Below the pieces are notes generated by a model, which was not told where the DNA came from, ran no database searches, and worked only from the letters and a program-made list of their open reading frames with translations. This document shows positions 36,659-46,569 of a DNA stretch of 52,030 bases, piece after piece (the stretch's first letter is position 1; each line of letters starts with the position of its first letter). Position numbers and translations under genes: made by a program. Source of the DNA: Candidatus Stahliibacteriota bacterium (GTDB lineage Bacteria; Hydrothermota; UBA3072); the NCBI GenBank assembly GCA_004377355.1, contig SOIB01000066.1, forward strand, positions 1 through 52,030. The letters run 5' to 3'.

Positions 36659-37797
36659 TGTCTGAAATAATATTTGGAAACTTCAATGCTGAAGCAATAA
36701 AAGCAATAAAAAAATCTCTAAAGTCAAAGGAAATCAATCCCCTCTACATTCATGGACCTTATGGTTCAGGGAAATCCTTCCTTGTCCAAAAAATGGAAGA
36801 AGAATATAAAGGTAAATCCATAACTATTGAAGCAACAAAATTTGAACCATCCCTTATAAATGAGTATCTCGATTATGATTTATTTATACTATCAGATTTA
36901 GAACTTCTCCCTCTAAGATCCCCAATTCCAGAAACTATTTTTGATATCCTGAGTTACTATATTGAGAAAAAGAAACAGATTGTATTCACATCAGACAGAC
37001 CACCCTACGCTCTTAAGCTCTCAGAAAGGATTATATCAAGAATTGAGCGCGGTGTAACTGTCAAAATTAAACCATTTGATAAAACCTCAAGAGAAAAAGT
37101 AATAAAGACACTTTGTAAAGACCTGCCACCAAAAATTATAAATAATCTTATAGACGAAGATATCGAGACAATTAGTCAGGCAATTGGAGCAATAAAAAAG
37201 GCAAGGGTCCTGGGTTATGTAGTTAAAAGGAAAGAAGAGAGAGAAAAAACAAAACAATTATTGTCAAAGAAAACAATGGGAGAATTTGATAATTTTGTAA
37301 ATGATATCAGAGAAACTTTTTCTGAAACAATTGATAGATCCGCAAAAGAGCACAAACTTCGTGAGGAATACAGTTCAAAGATGTATGTCTGGAAGATGAA
37401 GGGATTCAACACTGATTGTATAAAAAAAGTTATAGATGGGCCTATTGATAAGCTAACAAGTGAGTTTGTATCATTTACTATGGATATACAACGACTTATT
37501 GAACTACAGAGGCAATATGGTGTGGTTAATATAAAGAATTTATTAAATATGGGAATCCTCTCAAAAGAAGAGATTAAAGACATAGAAAAAGCGCTATTTA
37601 ATCCAGATAAAACAGATTGGTTAAGCATAAGAATAAGTGAACTTGAAAACCAGGAAGAGGAACTTCTTAAAAAGCCCACTGAGGTTGAAATTAAAGAAGC
37701 TAAAAAGGAAACATCGAGTGTCAATATTGATAAGCTAACAGAGGAACTTAAAATAGATTTAAACGCCAATAGTTTCCGGTTTCTAAAAGAATTTTAA
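36658..37797 (+). CDS. DnaA/Hda-like AAA+ domain protein lacking the DnaA DNA-binding domain
   Basis: NPLYIHGPYGSGKSFL, QIVFTSDRPP, LSERIISRIERG; unrelated helical C-terminus. Confidence 0.75.
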   Translation: MSEIIFGNFNAEAIKAIKKSLKSKEINPLYIHGPYGSGKSFLVQKMEEEYKGKSITIEATKFEPSLINEYLDYDLFILSDLELLPLRSPIPETIFDILSYYIEKKKQIVFTSDRPPYALKLSERIISRIERGVTVKIKPFDKTSREKVIKTLCKDLPPKIINNLIDEDIETISQAIGAIKKARVLGYVVKRKEEREKTKQLLSKKTMGEFDNFVNDIRETFSETIDRSAKEHKLREEYSSKMYVWKMKGFNTDCIKKVIDGPIDKLTSEFVSFTMDIQRLIELQRQYGVVNIKNLLNMGILSKEEIKDIEKALFNPDKTDWLSIRISELENQEEELLKKPTEVEIKEAKKETSSVNIDKLTEELKIDLNANSFRFLKEF

Positions 37798-37798
37798 A

Positions 37799-39397
37799 AT
37801 GTCAATTAAAGGTTCACTAAATGATATTTCTATAGCTGATATATTGCAGATGCTCTCACTCGGTAATAAAACTGGTGAACTTTCAATAATTAAAGAGGAA
37901 AATCTTGTGCATCTATATGTAGAATCAGGAATACTAAAAGGTGTGCTCTGGATGAATAGAGCCAATAAATTGGGCAAAATACTCGTTGAAAAGGGATATA
38001 TTGACGATGAAACCCTTAATAAGGTCCTCTCATTCCAGGAAACCCAACCTGAAATCCCTCTTGGGGAATTGTTGCTAGACTTAGATCTTATAGATGAAGA
38101 AACCATTGTTAAAAATATAAAAAAACAAACAAGGGATACGATAATTGAGTTATCTGAATGGGATAGTGGGCAGTTTGTGTTTGAAAGCGGAATAGAATCA
38201 AAAATTAAAGGCGTTCCAGTTTCAATAAAAATAGATGATTTACTTCTTGAATCCGCTGCCCTTCAGGACGAGTTAAAAGCCTCCTCCCTACTGGATAAGG
38301 AGAGTATTCTGATTAGAGCTCAAATTCCTGATTCTGAACTTTCTCTTGATGAAAACGAAATGAAGGTGCTTGAAAAGATTGATGGTAATAGGTCACTTTA
38401 TACAATTTTGACATCACTACCTTTGGATGAATTTGGAGTACTCCAGATAATATCTAAATTATTAGATGAAGGAATTATTAAAAAAATTGAGCTGGATAAA
38501 GAAACTTTAGAAAAAGCAAAATTAAAAAGTCACGAACATAGAAATTTGGGAGTCGCTTTTCTGCATATAGGAATGTATGAAGAAGCTTTGAGAGAATTCA
38601 ACCATATCCTTGGACTTGAACCAGATGACAAAGAAGCCCTATTCTACAAGGGTATAATAGTATATGAATCGGGAGATACCAAAGAGGCAAAAGAAATTTT
38701 TGATTCAATCCCATTTGGAGATGAAAACGCTGCTGTACTAAATAACCTTTCAGTAATTATGGGACTTGAAGGAGACCTGAATAACGCAATAAAATATATA
38801 GAGAAAGCAAAAGCTATAGAGGGAGAAAACCCAGTAATTTCACTAAATAAGGCTATCCTTTTAATTAAACAGAACAAACTGGAGGAAGCAAAGAAAATTA
38901 TTGAAAACATAGAGCAAAAAACTTCTTTCACTCAATTTTATTATTCTTACGTTTTAACCAAGCTTGGTAATTTAGAAGAAGCTCTATCGGAGCTTAAAGG
39001 TGGTCTTAATATGGATCCTAAGTTTGGAGAGTATTACTTTAATTTAGGAAAAATTTATGAAGCTATGAATGATGAAAAGAAAGCAGAAGAAGTGTATAAA
39101 AAGGGATTAAAAGTTGATAGCAGTTCAATCATCTTATCAAAGGCTTTAATTTCGTTTTACTACCGTAATAAAACATTTGATGTGTGTGAAAGAAAAATTG
39201 ATTCATTAATATCATCTGGCGTTGAAGATTGGGACCTCTATTTCAAAAAGGGTAATATACTGTTCCAAAAGGGAAAAGGAAAGGAAGCTATAGACACATG
39301 GGAAAAAGCTCTCAAACTAAATCCGGATAACGAAACAATAAAAAGTACTATTGAAACAGCAAAAGAACATGAAAAGAAATCAAGATCAGGATTTTAA
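37799..39397 (+). CDS. DUF4388 + MshEN-like + TPR protein
   Basis: KGSLNDISIADILQML...KTGEL (DUF4388); KLGKILVEKGYI....L...L..Q; multiple C-terminal TPRs. Confidence 0.82.
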   Translation: MSIKGSLNDISIADILQMLSLGNKTGELSIIKEENLVHLYVESGILKGVLWMNRANKLGKILVEKGYIDDETLNKVLSFQETQPEIPLGELLLDLDLIDEETIVKNIKKQTRDTIIELSEWDSGQFVFESGIESKIKGVPVSIKIDDLLLESAALQDELKASSLLDKESILIRAQIPDSELSLDENEMKVLEKIDGNRSLYTILTSLPLDEFGVLQIISKLLDEGIIKKIELDKETLEKAKLKSHEHRNLGVAFLHIGMYEEALREFNHILGLEPDDKEALFYKGIIVYESGDTKEAKEIFDSIPFGDENAAVLNNLSVIMGLEGDLNNAIKYIEKAKAIEGENPVISLNKAILLIKQNKLEEAKKIIENIEQKTSFTQFYYSYVLTKLGNLEEALSELKGGLNMDPKFGEYYFNLGKIYEAMNDEKKAEEVYKKGLKVDSSSIILSKALISFYYRNKTFDVCERKIDSLISSGVEDWDLYFKKGNILFQKGKGKEAIDTWEKALKLNPDNETIKSTIETAKEHEKKSRSGF

Positions 39398-40142
39398 ACG
39401 CATTGTTAGTATAATTAATAAGGTAACGGATTTTAATCTAGACCATTATAAAATAAAGCCACTACGAAGAAGAATTCACTCTCGTATGAGGCGTCTGGGT
39501 ATTGACAATTATGAGGATTATACGAATTATCTGGCAACAAACAAAGACGAGGTAACAATCCTTGAAGAAGCTCTCACAATAAATCTTACCCGATTTTTTA
39601 GAAATAAAGCAGTGTTTGAATATATAAAAGATGAAATACTTCCATCTTTAAATAATCCCTCAATATGGAGTGCTGGTTGTGCCAGTGGTGCAGAACCTTT
39701 TACACTTGCAATCCTTTGCCATGAACAAAATTTGAATTGTTCAATAGTCGGCACAGATATTGACACAGAATCCATTAAAAAGGCTAGAGAAGGTATCTAT
39801 GACATTTTTTCCATGAAAGAAGTAGAACCGGATATTCAGAAGAAATATTTCAAGAAGGTTGGGAAGAATTATAAAATAATAGACAAAATCAAAGAAAGAG
39901 TCAAATTTCAGCAGTTAGACCTTAAAGACATTAGCTTTGAAAGTGGGTTTGATTTAATTATATGTAGAAATGTCTTAATTTATTTATCAAGAGAATTCCA
40001 GGAGCAAACGTTATTATGTTTTCATAAGGCACTTAAACCCGGGGGTTACCTTATTCTCGGAAAGGTAGAGTCCCTGGTTGGGCAGGCAAAAGAACTCTTT
40101 AACCCTCTTAATCTAAAAAACAGGATTTATGATAAAAGGTAA
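39369..40142 (+). CDS. cheR: chemotaxis methyltransferase
   Basis: TINLTRFFR, WSAGCASGAEP, FDLIICRNVLIY, PGGYLILG. Confidence 0.95.
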   Translation: MKRNQDQDFKRIVSIINKVTDFNLDHYKIKPLRRRIHSRMRRLGIDNYEDYTNYLATNKDEVTILEEALTINLTRFFRNKAVFEYIKDEILPSLNNPSIWSAGCASGAEPFTLAILCHEQNLNCSIVGTDIDTESIKKAREGIYDIFSMKEVEPDIQKKYFKKVGKNYKIIDKIKERVKFQQLDLKDISFESGFDLIICRNVLIYLSREFQEQTLLCFHKALKPGGYLILGKVESLVGQAKELFNPLNLKNRIYDKR

Positions 40143-40611
40143 TAAAATAATAGTAAAAACCGGAGAATATTCAGTTTCGGATAATTGCAATGTACTAATA
40201 ACACATGGATTAGGTTCATGTGTCGCTGTTACTATTCACGATGAAGAAAATAAAATTGGAGGGATGCTACATTACTTACTACCTGAAAGCCCTAATAAAG
40301 AGAAAAAATCTAAATATGCAGATACAGGTTTAGATTTACTTCTTGCAAGATTATTGGAGTTAGGCGCTAATAGAGAAAAATTAAAAGCAAAATTATTTGG
40401 TGGTGCAATGATGTTTGGTGATTTTATAAAGGATAAGAGTAAATCAGTTGGAGGCAGAAACATTAAAAAGGCTCGTGAAGTCCTGGGAGGTTATGGTATC
40501 CCTATAATAGGAGAAGACGTAGGAGGTAACTATGGTCGCTCAGTTGAATTTGATATAGCAACTGGAATAGCAAAAATAAATTCCTATATAAAAAGAGAGA
40601 AATCAATTTGA
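40129..40611 (+). CDS. cheD: chemoreceptor glutamine deamidase
   Basis: GLGSCVAV, GGMLHYLLP, AKLFGGA, EDVGGNYGR. Confidence 0.95.
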   Translation: MIKGNKIIVKTGEYSVSDNCNVLITHGLGSCVAVTIHDEENKIGGMLHYLLPESPNKEKKSKYADTGLDLLLARLLELGANREKLKAKLFGGAMMFGDFIKDKSKSVGGRNIKKAREVLGGYGIPIIGEDVGGNYGRSVEFDIATGIAKINSYIKREKSI

Positions 40612-41627
40612 TAGATGTTCTAGTTGTTGATGATTCAGCATTCATGAGGAAAGTTTTAACTGATATCCTGAATGAAGATCCTGCAATAAATGTAATTGAG
40701 ACAGCATCTAATGGAAATGAAGCAATAGAGAAAACCGCACTACTCCGACCAGACGTAATTACAATGGATGTTGAAATGCCTGGAATTAATGGAATTAAGA
40801 CAGTAAGGCGTATAATGAAGGATTATCCTACTCCTATTATAATGGTCTCAGCTTATACAAAAGAGGGAGCCGAAAAAACTATAAAAGCTCTGGAAGCGGG
40901 TGCAATAGATTTTGTTGAAAAACCAGGTGGAACTATATCCTTAAAGATAAGAGAAGTAAAACAGGATATCTTAAAAAAAGTAAAAATAGCAAAAAAGGCA
41001 AATATACCATATACAAAGAAAGAAGCAGGTTTGATAAAGAAACCAATACATAAATTGAAGATGAAAACATTAATTATAATTGCTGCTTCCATAGGAGGTC
41101 CACAAGCCATCTATCTTCTCTTATCACAACTCCCCAGAAATTTTCCTTCTTCAATAATTGTCGTTCAACATATGCCAAAGGGATTCACTGGCGCATTCGC
41201 AAAAAGATTAAATCAAAATTGTAAGATTAAAGTAAAAGAAGCAAAAGATGGAGATATTTTGAAAGACGGAGAGGTCTTAATTGCACCTGGAGATTTTCAC
41301 CTTGAGCTAAATAATAGCAACGAGATCAAACTAAACAAAAAACCTCCCTTTCATGGCATCCGTCCATCAGCAGACATAACAATGAACTCTGCTTCAGATG
41401 CCTTTGATGGTAATATAATTGGAGTTGTCCTTTCTGGGATGGGGAAGGATGGAGCAATTGGTGTAAGGAAAATAAAACGTAAAGGAGGTATAATTATAGC
41501 TCAAGATAGAGAAACCTCTGTAGTTCATGGAATGCCAAAAGCAGCTCTTGAAACAGGATTTGTAGATCATATTCTACCACTATCCAAGATAACAGGTAAA
41601 CTTACGGAGATAGTAAACAATGTTTGA
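40608..41627 (+). CDS. cheB: chemotaxis response regulator methylesterase
   Basis: Receiver domain VVDDSAFMR...MDVEMP; ASIGGP, QHMP, SGMGKDG, HGMP. Confidence 0.95.
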   Translation: MIDVLVVDDSAFMRKVLTDILNEDPAINVIETASNGNEAIEKTALLRPDVITMDVEMPGINGIKTVRRIMKDYPTPIIMVSAYTKEGAEKTIKALEAGAIDFVEKPGGTISLKIREVKQDILKKVKIAKKANIPYTKKEAGLIKKPIHKLKMKTLIIIAASIGGPQAIYLLLSQLPRNFPSSIIVVQHMPKGFTGAFAKRLNQNCKIKVKEAKDGDILKDGEVLIAPGDFHLELNNSNEIKLNKKPPFHGIRPSADITMNSASDAFDGNIIGVVLSGMGKDGAIGVRKIKRKGGIIIAQDRETSVVHGMPKAALETGFVDHILPLSKITGKLTEIVNNV

Positions 41628-42420
41628 AAAAATAAAACAGCGACTAAATGAGATAGAAGACAAGTCATATAAAGAGGAAGATATAAAAGAAGAACTTGAA
41701 AAAATACTTAAGACTATCATTCAAGTAAAAAGAGAAATAACAGAGCTTGAAGAGAAAACCAAATCTTTATTAGAACAAGGTGGTAGTGATAACGAAAAAG
41801 ATGAAGGTCAAGGAGATATGACAGGTTTTATAAGTGGAATTCAATCCGCTCGTGTAAATGTGGAAACACTTTTGGATAGAGGGTGGAATTACATCGTATC
41901 TGGAAAATATAAAGAAGCTATTAAGGAACTATTACGTGCAAAGCAAATGGACCAAAGAAATGTACAGATATTCAATCTTATTGGATGGGCTTATATAAAA
42001 ATGGAACAATATGATAAAGCTAACTCAACCTTTCAGGATGCACTGAGAGTAGATGGGGAGAATGAGATGGCTCATACAAATATGGGGTTTTTAAAATACA
42101 AGAAAGGACAATACGCTGAAGCACTTAAAAGTTTATCAAATATTTCTGAAAATGCCAAGAATAAACAGGCAGTATTATATGCATTATTTTATCTTGGATT
42201 GATCTACTATGAGAGAGAAATGTTTAATGATGCAATAGAATTACTTAATGAAGCAATAACTCAAGGACCAAATCTTTATGAGGCGTATTACTATCTGGGT
42301 ATGGCTTATAAAAAACGAGGCTTAAATAACATGGCTACTCAAATATGGAAGAGATTAATCGATATAAATCAATACAATATATGGGCTAAAAAAGCAGTGG
42401 AAGCTCTGGATGGTCAATAA
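41620..42420 (+). CDS. coiled-coil + TPR protein
   Basis: N-terminal coiled coil followed by about five TPR motifs. Confidence 0.8.
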   Translation: MFEKIKQRLNEIEDKSYKEEDIKEELEKILKTIIQVKREITELEEKTKSLLEQGGSDNEKDEGQGDMTGFISGIQSARVNVETLLDRGWNYIVSGKYKEAIKELLRAKQMDQRNVQIFNLIGWAYIKMEQYDKANSTFQDALRVDGENEMAHTNMGFLKYKKGQYAEALKSLSNISENAKNKQAVLYALFYLGLIYYEREMFNDAIELLNEAITQGPNLYEAYYYLGMAYKKRGLNNMATQIWKRLIDINQYNIWAKKAVEALDGQ

Positions 42421-42458
42421 ATACAAGAGTTAACAAATACAAAGAGTTGAAATTATAA

Positions 42459-42989
42459 ATGTCCAAAAAGAACAATTCCCATCACGTTCAAAAAAGTGAG
42501 AGTAAGGAAAAGGGGGAAGCGAACAGGAAGAAAGAAGATATCCCAATTATTCCACAGCAAGAGATGATTATTATTCGAGAAGGAGAGGAATTCTATGGCA
42601 TCCTCCTTGATTATGTAGATGAAATAAAAAGAGATATAACTTTAACTGAAGCACCTAATCTTGGTGAGTTTGTATCTGGTATAACTGAAATAATGGGTAA
42701 CATGGTTCCAGTTATTAATTTCTCTAACCTTATAGGTCTAAAAACAAAGGGAGGAAGAAAAACACCGGTATTAATTGTTAAGATCTCCAATCAAATTATT
42801 GGTCTACAAGTCGATGAAGTAATAGAAATTGTAGAAATAAATAAGGAGGAAATATTATCTCTCCCTGATATATTTCCTCCAATGATACTCTCTGGTGCAT
42901 ATGATTATAATAATAAGGTAGTAGGTATACTGAGGTTAGAAGGTTTGATAAAAGGAAAACATATTCATTCACTTAAGGATTTAAAATGA
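42459..42989 (+). CDS. cheW: chemotaxis coupling protein CheW
   Basis: YGILL..VDEI, GITEIMGNMVPVIN, IGLQVDEVIEI. Confidence 0.85.
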   Translation: MSKKNNSHHVQKSESKEKGEANRKKEDIPIIPQQEMIIIREGEEFYGILLDYVDEIKRDITLTEAPNLGEFVSGITEIMGNMVPVINFSNLIGLKTKGGRKTPVLIVKISNQIIGLQVDEVIEIVEINKEEILSLPDIFPPMILSGAYDYNNKVVGILRLEGLIKGKHIHSLKDLK

Positions 42990-44686
42990 GTATTAATTAT
43001 GAAGAAAAAAATAAGTTAATTTATAGATATTTAATAATAACTATTTTACCAAAGATAATATTCGGGATTCCAATACTACTCATCGCCTTTCGTTTTTTTA
43101 CAGGCTTTCATCATAATCAAAAATTCTATTTTACCATAATTTTAACAATTATTTTTCTTGAGATTGCATATTATATAATACATTCACTACGCCTAAAAAA
43201 ATTTCTAAATTTAAATGATTCGGATTCTTTATATAAGACACCAATATATACAGCTTTTCATACAGGTCTTAATTTCATTTTTTTCGCACCAATTATATTT
43301 TTGCTTTTAAATCATTCCCAGAAGATTGTAACCATAGGTGAGTTACTTAAAGGAGTCTGGCATATTATTCCTGTTGGAATTATTGAATTTTGTTATGTTT
43401 ACTGCTTAGGTTATTTAATTTTTACTCCACTTTATAAAACCTTTGAAGGGGTAAAATTCAAAGGATTATCTTTAACGGAAAAATTCTTAGTAATCATCGT
43501 TCCTATGCTACTTTTCTCGTTCTATAATGGTTACATCTTGAGTAAATCCTGGGTAGGTTACATTTACTTTCTGCTATATATATTCCCTATTTACGCTCTA
43601 ATCAGATTTATAAAGGAGCCTATATATTCACTTGCTGAAGGATTTGATAAAATCCTTTCTGGTAACTACAATCTATCCATAAATGTATCAGTTGTATCAG
43701 GTGATGAGCTACAAGTACTTAAAGATAAATTCCAGAGTATTCTCATGTTAATATCCAATATTGTTAGTCATATAAAGGAATCCGCATCAGAAGTTAAAAA
43801 GCTAGCAGAAAATATTTCTACTGGTACTAAAAAGCTAAGCACCTATAATGAGGATATCTGTAATTCATTAGAGGGGATAAACTCAAAATCACATAATATC
43901 AGAGCTTATGTCGAATTAATAAAGCGATATATTGAAAATCTATCTTTAACATCAAAAGAATTTGCATCCCAGACGCAAATTCTAAATAACATTACAAATA
44001 AATCTGTTAATTTAGCAAACACAGGGGAAGAGATAAGCGAAGAAGCAGTCAATATGATACAGAGAGGTGCTCTAAAAGTAAAAGAGTCTACCAAGAATCT
44101 TGAATTTCTGATTAAAAGTTTTAAGGAAGTTAAAGGATTCTCCTCAATGATGGGAGCAATATCCAATGATACAAATCTTCTTGCACTTAATGCATCTGTT
44201 GAAGCAGCAAGAGTAGGAGAGGGGAGTGAAGGCTTTAATGTAATAGCTGAAGAGATTAGAAAACTGTCCAATGACTCTGCAAAATACCTGGAAAAAATGA
44301 CAGAGAATATAAAAGAGATGAATAATGCAGTCCTATTATTCAGAGTTAACACCGAAGAGAATGAAAACATATCTCTAGAGATTAAGGAAAAAGTGGAAAA
44401 GACTAAAACGACACTTGCCGATGTCTCTGAATCAATCGCAATGACAATGAATCTAGTGGATCAGACCCCGGGAATCATAAGTGATGTATCAGATTCAATA
44501 AACGAAATAAAAGAGGCAGTTATCCTCGTAACCGAAACAACAGAAAAGCAGATAGCCAACACAGAAGATATCTCGATAATAACAGAAAAGCAAATCAAAA
44601 CGATGGATGTAACGGAAAAAGTTGCACAGAATCTTTTCAAATTAAGCGAAGAAATGATAAAAGGAATTGAACACTACAATGAATAA
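42986..44686 (+). CDS. methyl-accepting chemotaxis protein with polytopic membrane N-terminus
   Basis: Several TM helices, HAMP-like region (SGDEL), TNLLALNASVEAAR..E...GF.VIAEEIRKLS. Confidence 0.9.
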   Translation: MSINYEEKNKLIYRYLIITILPKIIFGIPILLIAFRFFTGFHHNQKFYFTIILTIIFLEIAYYIIHSLRLKKFLNLNDSDSLYKTPIYTAFHTGLNFIFFAPIIFLLLNHSQKIVTIGELLKGVWHIIPVGIIEFCYVYCLGYLIFTPLYKTFEGVKFKGLSLTEKFLVIIVPMLLFSFYNGYILSKSWVGYIYFLLYIFPIYALIRFIKEPIYSLAEGFDKILSGNYNLSINVSVVSGDELQVLKDKFQSILMLISNIVSHIKESASEVKKLAENISTGTKKLSTYNEDICNSLEGINSKSHNIRAYVELIKRYIENLSLTSKEFASQTQILNNITNKSVNLANTGEEISEEAVNMIQRGALKVKESTKNLEFLIKSFKEVKGFSSMMGAISNDTNLLALNASVEAARVGEGSEGFNVIAEEIRKLSNDSAKYLEKMTENIKEMNNAVLLFRVNTEENENISLEIKEKVEKTKTTLADVSESIAMTMNLVDQTPGIISDVSDSINEIKEAVILVTETTEKQIANTEDISIITEKQIKTMDVTEKVAQNLFKLSEEMIKGIEHYNE

Positions 44687-45110
44687 GAGTATTGTATTCT
44701 CATTAGCTGAAATATTTTTTGGCATTCCAATAAATCAAATTAAGAGACTTGGAAAACCAGAGAATATAGAACCCCTAAAAGGAGCACCCGATTGGATTAG
44801 TGGCTTTATGTCATATAGAGATAGTATGTTGCCATATATAACACTCTGGAATATCCTTAAAATCCATCCACCTTCTAAGGAATTTTTACTATTACCTTCT
44901 AATTTTGATTATTGTGCATTTGGAATTTCCAAAATAAATGGTATATTCGAGATTGAGATAAAAGAGAAAAATAGTAATATCTTTAAGATTCCATACATCA
45001 TGGGATTTGGAGAATTTCATGAAAGAGTTGTTATATTTGTCGATCTTAACAATTTTCTCTCACCAGAACAAAAGAATATTGTGGGGAACTTTTATAAGAA
45101 AAATGAATAA
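44679..45110 (+). CDS. cheW: second, divergent CheW-like protein
   Basis: FGIPINQI, PLKGAPDWISGFMSYRDSMLP, VVIFVDL. Confidence 0.7.
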   Translation: MNKSIVFSLAEIFFGIPINQIKRLGKPENIEPLKGAPDWISGFMSYRDSMLPYITLWNILKIHPPSKEFLLLPSNFDYCAFGISKINGIFEIEIKEKNSNIFKIPYIMGFGEFHERVVIFVDLNNFLSPEQKNIVGNFYKKNE

Positions 45111-45549
45111 AAATAACATTCCTTTCTGGAGGAAATTCTTAGGTAGTTTTTTCTTTATAGGTAAAATAAAGGGTGGAGGAACTTACACCTCGATTATCGC
45201 AGGATTCCTTTTTTATTATTTTTTGGATTGGAATTCGGTATTATATTCAGGAATAGCTGTAGGTATCATTATTCTGGCAATTATTCTCTCATACGACCTA
45301 AAAAAAGATTTTTCCTGGTTTACTCTTGACGAACTTGCTGGAACAGCCCTAACTTTTGCTTTCCATACAAAAACTATCCCTACTCTTGTAATAGGATTAA
45401 TAGTCTTCAGGATTTTCGACATTTTCAAACTACCCTTTATCAAACGATTAGAGAGAGTTAAAACAGGAATTGTTCTCGATGATATAATTGCAGGTTTAAT
45501 TGCAAATGGATTCCTCTGGATTGTGAGATATTTATGGATACTTCGATAA
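45103..45549 (+). CDS. pgpA: phosphatidylglycerophosphatase A
   Basis: GGGTYTS, LDELAG, FRIFDIFK, GIVLDDIIAG. Confidence 0.85.
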   Translation: MNKNNIPFWRKFLGSFFFIGKIKGGGTYTSIIAGFLFYYFLDWNSVLYSGIAVGIIILAIILSYDLKKDFSWFTLDELAGTALTFAFHTKTIPTLVIGLIVFRIFDIFKLPFIKRLERVKTGIVLDDIIAGLIANGFLWIVRYLWILR

Positions 45550-46034
45550 AAAGTGAAGGAGAAAGATTAGCAAAAGATATAGGAACTCTTTTAAGAGAAA
45601 AAGGGTTAACTCTATCAATTGCTGAATCATGCACTGGAGGATTAGTAAGCAATTTGATTACTTCTATCCCGGGAAGTTCAGCCTATTTCCAAGGAGGTAT
45701 AATCGCTTATTCTAATAGAATTAAAAAAGAATTATTGAGGGTTCCTGAGGAGACTTTAAAAAAGTTTGGAGCAGTTTCTGAGGAGGTTGCAAAAAGTATG
45801 GCTAATAGTATAAGAGAGTTAATGAAAACTGACATTGGAATCTCCACTACCGGGATTGCTGGTCCTGGCGGTGGAAGCGAGAGAAAACCTGTAGGAATGG
45901 TAATCTTTGGAGTTGACATTAAGGGAAAAATAACTACTAATATAGAGTACTACAAGCCATCACGTAAACGGATAAAGATGCAGGCTGCAACTGATCTGCT
46001 GAAAATTTTAAAGGATAATCTAAATAAGGATTAG
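45534..46034 (+). CDS. pncC: CinA/PncC nicotinamide-nucleotide amidohydrolase
   Basis: AESCTGGLV, PGSSAYF, GAVS..VA..MA, TGIAGPGGGS..KPVG. Confidence 0.92.
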   Translation: MDTSIKSEGERLAKDIGTLLREKGLTLSIAESCTGGLVSNLITSIPGSSAYFQGGIIAYSNRIKKELLRVPEETLKKFGAVSEEVAKSMANSIRELMKTDIGISTTGIAGPGGGSERKPVGMVIFGVDIKGKITTNIEYYKPSRKRIKMQAATDLLKILKDNLNKD

Positions 46035-46035
46035 C

Positions 46036-46569
46036 ATGAGAATATTTACTGCTATTGAAATACCTGTAGAAGCAAAAATATCTATCAAGGAGATTATAAA
46101 TAATATTAACACAGAAGCTATCTTAAAATGGGTTACGAAGGAAAATCTTCATATAACTCTTAAATTCATTGGGGAAATAGACTCACCCGATCCAATAGAG
46201 AATGTTTTGAATGATGTTAGCAAGGATTTTCAACCCTTCAAGATATCCCTTTCCGGGCTTGGGGCTTTCCCCTCAAAAAATAGGATTAAAGTTTTATGGG
46301 TTGGAGTAGATGAAGGTAAAAACCAATTGAAGGAATTATATAAAAATATTGAAAAAAGGATTATTCAATTTGGGTTTAAAAAGGAAGAAAAGGATTTTAC
46401 CCCTCATGTGACTATAGGAAGAGTAAAGAAAGGATTACTTAAATTTCCGAATATCGACTTTTTCTACCCTCCGTTTCTTGCAAGAAAGATAACATTGTTT
46501 GAGAGTATACTAACACCTTCCGGGCCAATATACAAAATTTTGTACAGTTTTCCAGAAGACACAGATTGA
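46036..46569 (+). CDS. thpR: RNA 2',3'-cyclic phosphodiesterase (2H family)
   Basis: Two HxT motifs (HITLKF, HVTIGR), GAFP, ESILTPSGPIY. Confidence 0.92.
   Translation: MRIFTAIEIPVEAKISIKEIINNINTEAILKWVTKENLHITLKFIGEIDSPDPIENVLNDVSKDFQPFKISLSGLGAFPSKNRIKVLWVGVDEGKNQLKELYKNIEKRIIQFGFKKEEKDFTPHVTIGRVKKGLLKFPNIDFFYPPFLARKITLFESILTPSGPIYKILYSFPEDTD

Noticed and set aside
36658-37797. dnaA with a replication origin
   Set aside because: No domain IV, no dnaN neighbour and no DnaA-box cluster noticed
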